Source: Tubiluchus corallicola
Lineage: Eukaryota; Animalia; Priapulida
DNA length: 64,000 nt
Assembly (NCBI GenBank): GCA_030141605.1
Contig: JAQGDQ010000564.1
Coordinates: 62,001 to 126,000 of the forward strand
Direction of reading: 5' to 3'
This document shows positions 53,333-64,000 of the stretch, one piece after another (positions within the stretch are counted from its first letter, which is position 1; every line of letters begins with the position of its first letter). The notes below the pieces were generated by a model. It ran no database searches. It was not told where the DNA came from and saw only the letters and a list, made by a program, of their open reading frames with translations. A program made the position numbers and the translations under genes.

Positions 53333-56300
53333 CTACATGAGGACGTTCTCTCCCTGCTTGCACACGGCATGGTATGCATTACGAATAAGCGCATACGGAA
53401 AACAAGACTCCAGCAAATCCATTGTTAAAAATGGCGACTCCTTCACAATCTGAAAATAGCAAATGCAGTTGCGAATTCATATTCTAATCAAAATTAACCC
53501 GTTAGAAATGAAGCAAAAGTCAAAGCTAAGGTAATCGAAGCTCTTCCTCAAGGCTCAACACTCGTGCTTCTATTTTTTCTCTATTTTTTAATTTACGTAA
53601 ACAATTTTCATTACAAGAGACTCGACATCTATTTCTTCGCGGCTCATTTCTGTAACTGTACTTATTCTTGTGTTCTAGAGTCAGTTATCTGTAGTGCTAA
53701 AATGTACTGATGATTACAATAGATGGCGTAATTAATGCTTGCCTCGTCTAATAATAAATAGACCGATTCTCGATTCTTTATTGCTTCTTTGTCTGTTTCC
53801 TGGCCAAGTTTTAATAAACTGGAAGACGCAAGCTGAAATAGACAAAAATCTTGGCAATAATATCTAATTGTTAAAAGACAAGAAATTTGTACGAAGTAAC
53901 AGGTTAGCAGTGTGATATCTTATATAAACTCAACACAAATTTACATAAGCAATGTCTTTAACTCGTTCAGGATTTGCATTTTCTACAGGTTCATGAAAAA
54001 CTGCTCTCACTAAGCACCGATTACATTATAGTTGATCATTTTTGTAAGTTTCTACTCCTCAAACAATGGATTTTCATGCAAAATTATATATGAAATGCAT
54101 TTGCTTACCTTATGCAAATTAAAAATCAATTTTTCATGAAAAGTTGAAAAAAGTTTTCAGTAACTGCAGTGTTTGCACTGTAACAATGTACAGTATCACT
54201 TGTGTGAAATTGGCTAATGCAGAAAATTTCAACTATTCAGATGCAACACTCTGATGCACTTTAGCCTCAAGTTGACTCGTCTTCTTAAAGATAAATTCGA
54301 CTTGAGGCTAAAGTGTATCACAGAGTTAATTCCTATTGAAAGATGAAACCACAAATTCTGCTTGGGTGATCGGTTGGTTTTTCCTGGAACCCTGTACAGC
54401 AGACGGTCCTCTTGGGCAGTAGCAATCAGGCGATCAATAAAATAATCTGTACAAGCACACAAGTGTACACCAGACTAAGCTACTCAATAGGCTAAGTTGG
54501 AGAACTTGAAAATGGAATGTTTTTCTTAATTTTATCCAATTAAATCACTCATAAATGCTCAAACAAATAACATGATTGGATAGTAGAGATTCTACGGAAT
54601 AGAACAGTACCTAATTTGTAATCATTTAGTTATGTCTGGCGCTCATACAGGAGCAGAACAATCCTTGATCTTACAAGACCTATTTTGATTGGTGCCGTCC
54701 TGAAAACAGTTAATAAACAGACGAGGTATTTTTACCTTCTAACTACGATGTAATGATAATTTTTAACCAATCAACTGCCTGCTTCATACCTTGTCATTTA
54801 AAACTCAATGAATTTGAACCTGATAGAACTATTAATTATGTAATTCTATTAGCAAAAAATCGTTTGCTTGCTACTATTTAACAACTTACCGCTAAGAATT
54901 CCTTTAATCTTTCCTCGATGTCGCCGTTGCCACAGTTGGTAAACATGGCAGCTGCCACATGATTGACCGCTTGAGCTAAACAGTGACTGTTATTCAGGTG
55001 ACCTGAAAGACAGAACATTTTTGAAAATACAGTAAAGTATGTACGACTTGAACTGGTATTCTTGCATATCTCGAGCGGATCTTGTTGAACCGATTTTCCC
55101 TCGAACAAACATCGTGTAACTCGAATTATCTCATCGTAACTCCAACTGAATTCACGGTACAATTCTTAAGAATCTGATTAATATTACCTCATCAATCTCG
55201 AACAGCCTCCCAAGTGAGAAATCCTACGCGAAAGTGTGCACCACATTACAATTTTAGGTGCCAGTTTCAGCAAAAATGCTAAGATTTCTTGTATTACCTT
55301 AGCAACATGGCTTAACAAACGTGGTTTAATGTAGATCACAATATGATCATTGCTGAATTCTATTAACCATGCTATTTAGACTACGTTAGAGTTGGACCAG
55401 TCATTTTATTTTTGATTATTCAGAAAAACTGATATTTGATATTTGATTAAAGACTCAATTTGTTATTTTCACAGGCTGCAGTGTTACTACTCTTCTGTCT
55501 GATATTGATGAGCGACTCAATCTTGTTTTCTTATGAACATTATCAAACTCGTACTTAACGAATAACTCAAACAAATTTTCTGGTCCCGAGATGTTCGAGT
55601 CATACGTAGATTACTGTAGTCAGTTTCTTTAACTACATTCACACTACCTTTGCACACTACTCATGATTATATCAAAATGCATAGTTTGCACGTCTAGTCG
55701 TGTAAAACTGTAAGTAAATAGGTTTATATGTGTCTCGGGCCAAACAGATGTTAACAAAACCAAATTTTATCAGGCGGTTCAAAGCATGAAAATATGTCTC
55801 TCTAGTTCTTCTGCAACGCACAGCTTTGGTTTGAAATTATAAAACTAACGATCAGATCAAGGCTGCCACCTATAGGTCTAAAATGTTATCAAATTAATAA
55901 GCATAAAGTAATCAGTGCTTTGTATTGAGCCGTTGCACTAAAAGTATCCAACATTTCAACTAACCTGCAAGAGAAGGTTTGTGCTGCCACCTATAGGTCT
56001 AAAATGTTATCAAATTAATAAACATAAAGTAATCAGTGCTTTGTATTGAGCCGTTGCATTAAAAGTATCCAACATTTCAACTAACCTTCAAGTGAAGCTT
56101 TGTGCTGCCACCTATAGGTCTAAAATGTTATCAAATTAATAAACATAAAGTAATCAGTGCTTTGTATTGAGCCGTTGCACTAAAAGTATCCAACATTTCA
56201 ACTAACCTTCAAGCGAAGCATTGTGCTGCCACCTATAGGTCTAAAATGTTATCAAATTAATAAACATAAAGTAATCAGTGCTTTGTATTGACCCGTTGCA

Positions 56301-59300
56301 TTTTAAAGTATACAACATTTCAACTAACCTTCAAGCGAAGCTTTGTGCTGCCACCTATAGGTCTAAAATGTTATCAAATTAATAAACATAAAGTAATCAG
56401 TGCTTTGTATTGAGCCGTTGCATTAAATGTATCCAACATTTCAACTAACCTTCAAGCGAAGCATTGTGCTGCCACCTATAGGTCTAAAATGTTATCAAAT
56501 TAATAAACATAAAGTAATCAGTGCTTTGCATTGGGCCGTTGCATTAAAAGTATCCAACATTTCAACTAACCTTCAAGCGAAGCTTTGTGCTGCCACCTAT
56601 AGGTCTAAAATGTTATCAAATTAATAAACATAAAGTAATCAGTGCTTTGTATTGAGCCGTTGCATTACAAGTATCCAACATTTCAACTAACCTTCAAGCG
56701 AAGCTTTGTGCTGCCACCTATAGGTCTAAAATGTTATCAAATTAATAAACATAAAGTAATCAGTGCTTTGTATTGAGCCGTTGCATTAAAAGTATCTAAC
56801 ATTTCAACTAACCTTCAAGAGAAGCTTTGTGCTGCCACCTATAGGTCTAAAATGTTATCAAATTAATAATCATAAAGTAATCAGTGCTTTGTATTGAGCC
56901 GTTGCATTAAAAGTATCCAACATTTCAACTAACCTTCAAGTGAAGCTTTGTGCTGCCACCTATAGGTCTAAAATGTTATCAAATTAATAATCATAAAGTA
57001 ATCAGTGCTTTGTATTGAGCCATTGCATTAAAAGTATCCAACATTTCAACTAACCTTCAAGCGAAGCATTGTGCTGCCACCTATAGGTCTAAAATGTTAT
57101 CAAATTAATAAACATAAAGTAATCAGTGCTTTGTATTGAGCCGTTGCATTAAAAGTATCCAACATTTCAACTAACCTTCAAGCGAAGCTTTGTGCTGCCA
57201 CCTATAGGTCTAAAATGTTATCAAATTAATAATCATAAAGTAATCAGTGCTTTGTATTGAGCCATTGCATTAAAAGTATCCAACATTTCAACTAACCTTC
57301 AAGTGAAGCATTGTGCTGCCACCTATAGGTCTAAAATGTTATCAAAGTAATAAACATAAAGTAATCAGTGCTTTGTATTGAGCCGTTGCACTAAATGTAT
57401 CCAACATTTCAACTAACCTTCAAGTGAAGCATTGTGCTGCCACCTATAGGTCTAAAATGTTATCAAATTAATAAACATAAAGTAATCAGTGCTTTGTATT
57501 GAGCCGTTGCATTAAAAGTATCCAACATTTCAACTAACCTTCAAGGGAAGCTTTGTGCTGCCACCTATAGGTCTAAAATGTTATCAAATTAATAAACATA
57601 AAGTAATCAGTGCTTTGTATTGAGCCGTTGCATTAAAAGTATCCAACATTTCAACTAACCTTTAAGGGAAGCTTTGTGCTGCCACCTATAGGTCTAAAAT
57701 GTTATCAAAGTAATAAACATAAAGTAATCAGTGCTTTGTATTGGGCCGTTGCATTACAAGTATCTAACATTTCAACTAACCTTCAAGAGAAGCTTTGTGC
57801 TGCCACCTATAGGTCTAAAATGTTATCAAATTAATAAACATAAAGTAATCAGTGCTTTGTATTGAGCCGTTGCATTAAATGTATCCAACATTTCAACTAA
57901 CCTTCAAGCGAAGCATTGTGCTGCCACCTATAGGTCTAAAATGTTATCAAATTAATAAACATAAAGTAATCAGTGCTTTGTATTGGGCCGTTGCAATAAA
58001 TGTATCCAACATTTCAACTAACCTTCAAGCGAAGCATTGTGCTGCCACCTATTGGATTAAAATGTTATCAAATTAATAAACATAAAGTAATCAGTGCTTT
58101 GTATTGGGCCGTTGCAATAAATGTATCCAACATTTCAACTAACCTTCAAGCGAAGCATTGTGCTGCCACCTATAGGTCTAAAATGTTATCAAATTAATAA
58201 ACATAAAGTAATCAGTGCTTTGTATTGAGCCGTTGCATTAAAAGTATCCAACATTTCAACTAACCTTCAAGCGAAGCTTTGTGCTGCCACCTATAGGTCT
58301 AAAATGTTATCAAATTAATAATCATAAAGTAATCAGTGCTTTGTATTGAGCCATTGCATTAAAAGTATCCAACATTTCAACTAACCTTCAAGTGAAGCAT
58401 TGTGCTGCCACCTATAGGTCTAAAATGTTATCAAAGTAATAAACATAAAGTAATCAGTGCTTTGTATTGAGCCGTTGCACTAAATGTATCCAACATTTCA
58501 ACTAACCTTCAAGTGAAGCATTGTGCTGCCACCTATAGGTCTAAAATGTTATCAAATTAATAAACATAAAGTAATCAGTGCTTTGTATTGGGCCGTTGCA
58601 ATAAATGTATCCAACATTTCAACTAACCTTCAAGGGAAGCTTTGTACAAAGAGTTGTCACTTCTAGCCAGACGAGGCAGAGCTACTGCAACAAATACCAT
58701 CAGTAAACAAGATATGAGATAATCCTCATCCTGAGTTATTCCTTCTGCAAGAAAAAAGTGAGTTCTAATGACGTCAACGTGATTCTACGTTAGCGTTTAC
58801 TGATCTTAACATGAACTTGACAATGAACAACATGATTTTAGGTTGATCCTCGGCAATCACTCAGTAATTCATAATGCGCTTATCAGAGACTCAAAACTAG
58901 TGATGCTTGATAAGTGAACTGCAATACACAGTTCATGACAAGTGAAGTATAATATACAATTCATGACAAGTGAATTATAATGCACAGTTCATGATAACTG
59001 AACTGTAATACACAGTTCATGACAAGTGAACTATAATACACAGTTCATGACAAGTGAATTATAATACACAGTTCATGACAAGTGTACTATAATGCACAGT
59101 TCATGACAAGTGAATTATAATACACAGTTCATGGCAACTGAACTATAATACACAGTTCATGGCAAGTGAACTATAATATACAGTTCATGACAAGTGAACT
59201 ATAATAAACCCACACAGTCCTTAAAAAATGTTAATTTAATGAAGAACTTCTCAGAATTACCAAGTCATTCAAGAATCATTAAATTATCATTTTTAGTTCA

Positions 59301-62300
59301 AACATTAATTCGGTATTTAGTAGTAAACAAAGAAAAGTACAGGTTGTTCAAAAAATAGCTTACCCATTTTTTGAGCACGAAGTGCCATACATAATGCTGG
59401 ATCAACTTTACATGGAAGACCTCCAGCGGATGCCATTTCGTTCACGATCTAAGCGCAGAAAAAAATGTATATGTATCTACGTTTACATATACAAACAAGA
59501 AGTTTTACTACTTTATAAATGACAAGATCTTGATAAGAACTTGTCTGTAAATTTACACAATTGTAATAATTATTGCTGGACGGACATTATATTTTGTGTA
59601 CTGTTTACTTACCTATATTTCACATTTATTTACACTACAAAATTATTAGTTTCCACATTAAAGATTACTGCTGTGATTTGATACACCTGTTACTATATAA
59701 AATGCCAAGAAACTAGCTAAAACTTTAGCACTAGATTTGATTATCAATATACATGTATTAAAAATCCGATTTTTTTCTACTCATGCAGAAGCGGACGTTA
59801 TAGTGTAAAGGTAACCTGTCTACTATTCGACTGGGCGGATGAGTTCCTGGCCGGGTCATACCAAGGACTATAAAAAAGGCACCTGCTGTTGTCCTGCCTG
59901 GTGCACGGCATTTAGGGCAAAAGTGGGGATATAATGATGTCTGCCATGTAGTTATACAAGTTAGCAAAAAGCGCTTAGAGTTTATGTTAATTCAAAAGTC
60001 GACTTTAAATAAAGATTATTATTATTATTATTGGTATAAAATGTATAAATAACAGGTAATGATAACAATTACAAGTAAATTAAGACCCATGTTAATAGAG
60101 ATAAGTAATTCATCGATTCTATTCTATACAGGAAAAATTCCCCCCAGTATGACAAAAGCACCAATTCCATGAAACTTAATATAAAATTGAATTTTAAGCT
60201 CTGTACTTCACCCCCACTGCCCCACCTGCACGTACACTTCACATGCACTTCACCCCCACTGCCCCACCTGCATGTACACTTCACATGTACTTCACCCCCA
60301 CTACCCCACCAATAATATCATATTATTGGACAGATGTAGTTTAAACTGTGACTGACCTTATACAAAACACCTAACCAGAATTTTTCTATTTATTATGTTA
60401 AAGTCAAACTAAACCTTCACTATAATATAAGCTCTTGCAACTTGAAATCTTATTCAATTTATTTTATTATAAACTTTGATTTTTTCTCAGTTCATTGTTA
60501 GCCCTACAAGACAAAAACCCAACTTTGTCCTACAAGACAAAAACCCAACTTTGCCCTACAAAACAAAAAACCAACTTTGCCCTACAAGACAAAAACCCAA
60601 CTGCCCTACAAGACAAAAAAACAACTTTGCCCTACAAGACAAAAACCCAATTTTGTCCTACAAGACAAAAAACCAACTGCCCTACAAGACAAAAACCCAA
60701 CTTTGTCCTACAAGACAAAAAACCCAACGTTGCCCTACAAGACAAAAAAACAACTTTGCTGAAAAACAATTGCCTACAAGACAAAAAACAACTTTGTCCT
60801 ACAAGACAAAAAACCAACTGCCCTACAAGACAAAAACCCAACTTTGCCTACAAGACAAAAACCCAAGTTTGCCCTACAAGACAAAAACCCAACTTCGTCC
60901 TACAAGACAAAAACCCAACTTTGCCCTACAAGACAAAAACCCAACTTCGTCCTACAAGACAAAAACCCAACTTTGCCCTACAAGACAAAAACCCAACATT
61001 GCCCTACAAGACAAAAACCCAACTTTGCCCTACAAGACAAAAACCCAACTTTGCCCTACAAGCAAAAACCCAACTTTGTCCTACAAGACAAAAAACCAAC
61101 TTTGCCCTACAAGACAAAAACCCAACTTTGCCCTACAAGACAAAAACCCAACTTCGTCCTACAAGACAAAAACCCAACTTTGCCCTACAAAGACAAAAAA
61201 CCAAGTTTGCCCTACAAGACAAATGTGCAGAGTGGAGACAAAAAAGTGAGATTAAATACACACAGTGCTACTACACAAGGTTTACATGCATGACATCATA
61301 ACACTAATATATAATCTATATGTCAATGATATGTAATATCTATGCATATTCTATAATGGTCAAACTACACAGACCAGTAACATGCTCTTATGATATGCGT
61401 AATGCCAGGACTGCAAGCTATCTAACATTGAACTCAAGTAACCAAACAGCAAATGTGGATATCTAACAGCAACGTCGTTATAATAAACTACTGATAACCT
61501 TAATTAGTATTGTTAGCTAACACAGTACAAACAGTTAAAAAACAGTGTTAATCAAATATGAAAAACCACATTTGGCAATACTTAATCAAAACAAAAGACT
61601 TTTCATGAAAATACAACATTTCTTAACAATCTCTGGCATCATGCCAAGTGTCTAACATTAATTATTATAAAATACAATACAATTTTGAAATAAAAACAAA
61701 CAATGGAACTGAAACAATGAAACCGGCTATATGATTATTGTGGGAGTAATTATTAGTGCCATTAGTGCCACTATGAGCCACTAGTCATCATGCAATGCTA
61801 ACCATGTGATGTGTGATAAAATATGAAAGCATGCCGTATACCTGTGTCCTAATGCTGGCCAACTGTAAAATATGAAACAGAACATAGACAAAGGGAATTA
61901 GTTAACCATAACCAAAGTTACATGTATAAAATTAGAAATTAAAGGAACCAGTAACCTGTCCAAGTTCTTTATGATCAGTTATTAGTGATAACCAAAGTGA
62001 TTTTGATTATTCAGTCCAGGATATGTAGTTTGTTTAATAAATTATGATCATTAGGTCACAGAAATCGTGTAATTTTCCGCAAAAGGCTCACAAACCAAAA
62101 TCTGGTAGGTTGTTTTAGTAACAGATGCAAGATTGCTTATTTTGCATGAGTGAAATACAGATTGCAGGAAATAAAACTGTGAGATATTGCTAACATTATG
62201 CACGTACGTTCAATAAGTCAACAAAAACAACCACAAATTTGCCAATATTTCAAAATAAACTCATTCTACTACAGTAAGTCCTTACTTAACGACACTAATG

Positions 62301-63942
62301 CACTCCAGCAAAACGCGACGTTAAGCGAAACGTCGCTAAATGAAACCAAGACTTCAACAGAAAATCATGTAAAAGAATTGAGATTCGTTCCAGAGGCAAA
62401 ATGTAATGCTGGTTAAAGCAAAAACAAATTCAACATTTGATGAGTTTCACTCATATTTCTACTGATAAATTTCCTTCTGTTTGCTTGAAACCACATCACT
62501 TTCTAACCACTAGCTAGACTTGCTAGAGGCTTCTCTTTTGCTAACATTGAAGCTCTACATATAAGCAGTTAAACGCTAGTGAAAAACCTTCAGAAATTAG
62601 TGTTGTAGTGTGTTTACCGTAGCAACAGTAGTGTGTTTACCGTAGCAACATTACTGTGTTTACCGTAGCAACAGTAGTGTGTTTACCATAGCAACAGTAG
62701 TGTGTTTAATGTAGCAACAGTAGTGTGTTTACCGTAGCAACAGTAGTGTGTTTACCGTAGCAACAGTAGTGTGTTTACTGCAGCAACAGTAGTGTGTTTA
62801 CCGTAGCAACAATAGCGTGTTTACCATAGCAACAGGTTGCAGACAAAATTTCTTGGCATAAAGTTTGGCAACATATAGACCGCAAACGGATCTCGCTTGA
62901 TACAAACGGCTAGTGTGAATGTGCAAAGTAAAGCATCGTTACATGGGGAGTTGCTAAGCGAGGACTTACTATAATAACATCAGCGATTTCACGTCCATAA
63001 GAAGCACTTTACTGATGTAAGTGTGAATGTGCAAAGTAAAAGCAAGTGTCCCTCCCTCCTAGAAGCAAATTCTGCGTGACGTTACATCAGCTAAGCACCG
63101 ATAAGTACCAGAAATGACGAGTACTGTTAAATACCTTTCTAAACTTCAGTGCGACAGTTTTTATATACGCATGGTGCATACTTACCAGCATGGTGTCTTG
63201 TCCGATTGGAACATGATGGTGGAAATCTTTGATGGAAGACAATAAAAAGGGACTGCGATCGATCAAAACCTGAAAAAATGAAAACGCCAATATGAGCGTT
63301 TCAATTCTCCAGTTTAGAAGCGTATACGCACCATGCAAATAAGCCTTTTCACAGCTTAGTTGGACGCACGCGATAGTTACTGTAGGTCAAAGGTTAACTG
63401 TACCACAACGTGCCTTAACTACAACCATCATGTGACATGTGGGTAAAGAAAAGCCAACAGCCATATCAGTTCGGTAACTTCAGTTGTTTTACATGGAATT
63501 TACTTGATTATGCGTTAGTCTGTGCGTAGAGTGATTTACTAGCAGGATCTTGCTTGGAAACAAGAAAAAATGAACTAGGTAAAGTTCTAGTTAGCTGTTA
63601 CAACTGTTACTACTACAATAGCATGGGCTGAGAGACATTGTCAAGTGTAAACAAATGCGTTGTCTGGTACGCTTAACCTTTGACCTTTTCGCGATCATCA
63701 TCAATCGCTGGAACTGTGAAAAGGCTTATTAACATGTGCAGTGGGTGAATAAGTGCTGATATTACCACCAGCTGGCACCACCAGTTGGTATTTGTGAAAG
63801 ATTGTAATCGTATTCTTTGAATGAGTAAGACATTGAGAGATAAGAAACAAAACGCGTACATCGCTAAGAGCTTCTTGCGCGAGCTGACGAAAACACAAAA
63901 TCACTCCGATGATGGTCATCCTCTGCAGAATATTGTCCATGT
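53333..63942 (-). CDS. NCKAP1: Nck-associated protein 1 / Hem (WAVE regulatory complex), 3' part; continues beyond the window
   Basis: Minus-strand exons 63942-63860, 63269-63186, 59448-59364, 58744-58628, 55002-54890, 53832-53743, 53449-53333 splice in frame. Peptides: [120 protein letters not shown]. Confidence 0.95.
53450..53742 (-). other. GC-AG intron, last intron of NCKAP1
   Basis: Donor GAG|gcaagc and acceptor tattttcag|ATT join LLLDE to IVKESPF in frame. Confidence 0.8.
55862..58645. repeat. 121-bp tandem repeat (about 23 units) made of an NCKAP1 exon end plus donor plus intron start
   Basis: On the minus strand each unit reads AAAGCTTCGCTTGAAG|gttagttgaaatgttggatac... The first unit is the real exon end at 58628. 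Confidence 0.95.
58905..59205. repeat. ~28-bp tandem repeat
   Basis: Unit approximately acagttcatgacaagtgaactataatac. Confidence 0.9.
59790..60032 (+). mobile_element. tRNA-derived SINE with conserved central domain and (ATT)n tail
   Basis: Degenerate A/B boxes. Core cgggtcataccaaggactataaaaaagg...ctgcctggtgcacggcatttaggg resembles the Meta-type SINE domain (from memory). Tail agcgcttagag...aataaagattattatt. Confidence 0.6.
60500..61222. repeat. ~28-bp tandem repeat
   Basis: Unit approximately gccctacaagacaaaaacccaacttt. Confidence 0.9.
61842..61862 (-). CDS. NCKAP1: Candidate 21-nt in-frame NCKAP1 microexon (LASIRTQ)
   Basis: Minus strand reads ttctgtttcatattttacag|TTGGCCAGCATTAGGACACAG|gtatacggcatg. 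Phase 0-0, inside a phase-0 intron. Confidence 0.5.
62272..62971. mobile_element. Second copy of the TA-flanked MITE, with an internal ~26-bp repeat (62606-62835)
   Basis: TA|CAGTAAGTCCTTACTTAACGA ... CTAAGCGAGGACTTACT. Homologous to 38824-39791 but lacks the LTR. Confidence 0.75.
63342..63726 (-). mobile_element. MITE family A, copy with both TIRs (PIF/Harbinger-like by inference)
   Basis: TIRs AGCCTTTTCACAG ... CTGTGAAAAGGCT, plus subterminal inverted aggtcaaaggttaa blocks. Confidence 0.8.
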
Positions 63943-64000
63943 CTGAAATAAGAGAAAAACAATATTAACAACAGCAACTAAGTAACTAAGTAACTAAGCA

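Overview
AT-rich, repeat-dense metazoan (invertebrate-type) genomic DNA with spliceosomal genes. Most long ORFs in the track are translated tandem repeats. Reading splice sites by hand gives four genes. (1) The 3' 21 exons (7-29418, +) of a type I membrane protein with LolA/ependymin-like domains and four PAN/apple modules. (2) The C-terminal 10 exons of PSMD2/Rpn1 (36413-51297, +). No N-terminal PSMD2 exon was found, and its last intron is U12-type. (3) An intronless PDSS1 (41844-43091, +) nested on the same strand inside a PSMD2 intron. (4) The 3' end of NCKAP1/Hem (53333-63942, -), with a GC-AG intron and a candidate 21-nt microexon. Introns carry a 5S-rRNA-derived SINE, tRNA-SINEs, RTE/CR1 fragments, two solo-LTR families, several MITE families and about 20 satellites. 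The most striking pattern is that several tandem arrays are copies of the host gene's own exon-intron junctions: 10 decoy acceptors in PSMD2, about 22 decoy donors in NCKAP1, and further cases in gene 1. All calls are by eye, without database searches. Repeat boundaries and copy numbers are approximate.
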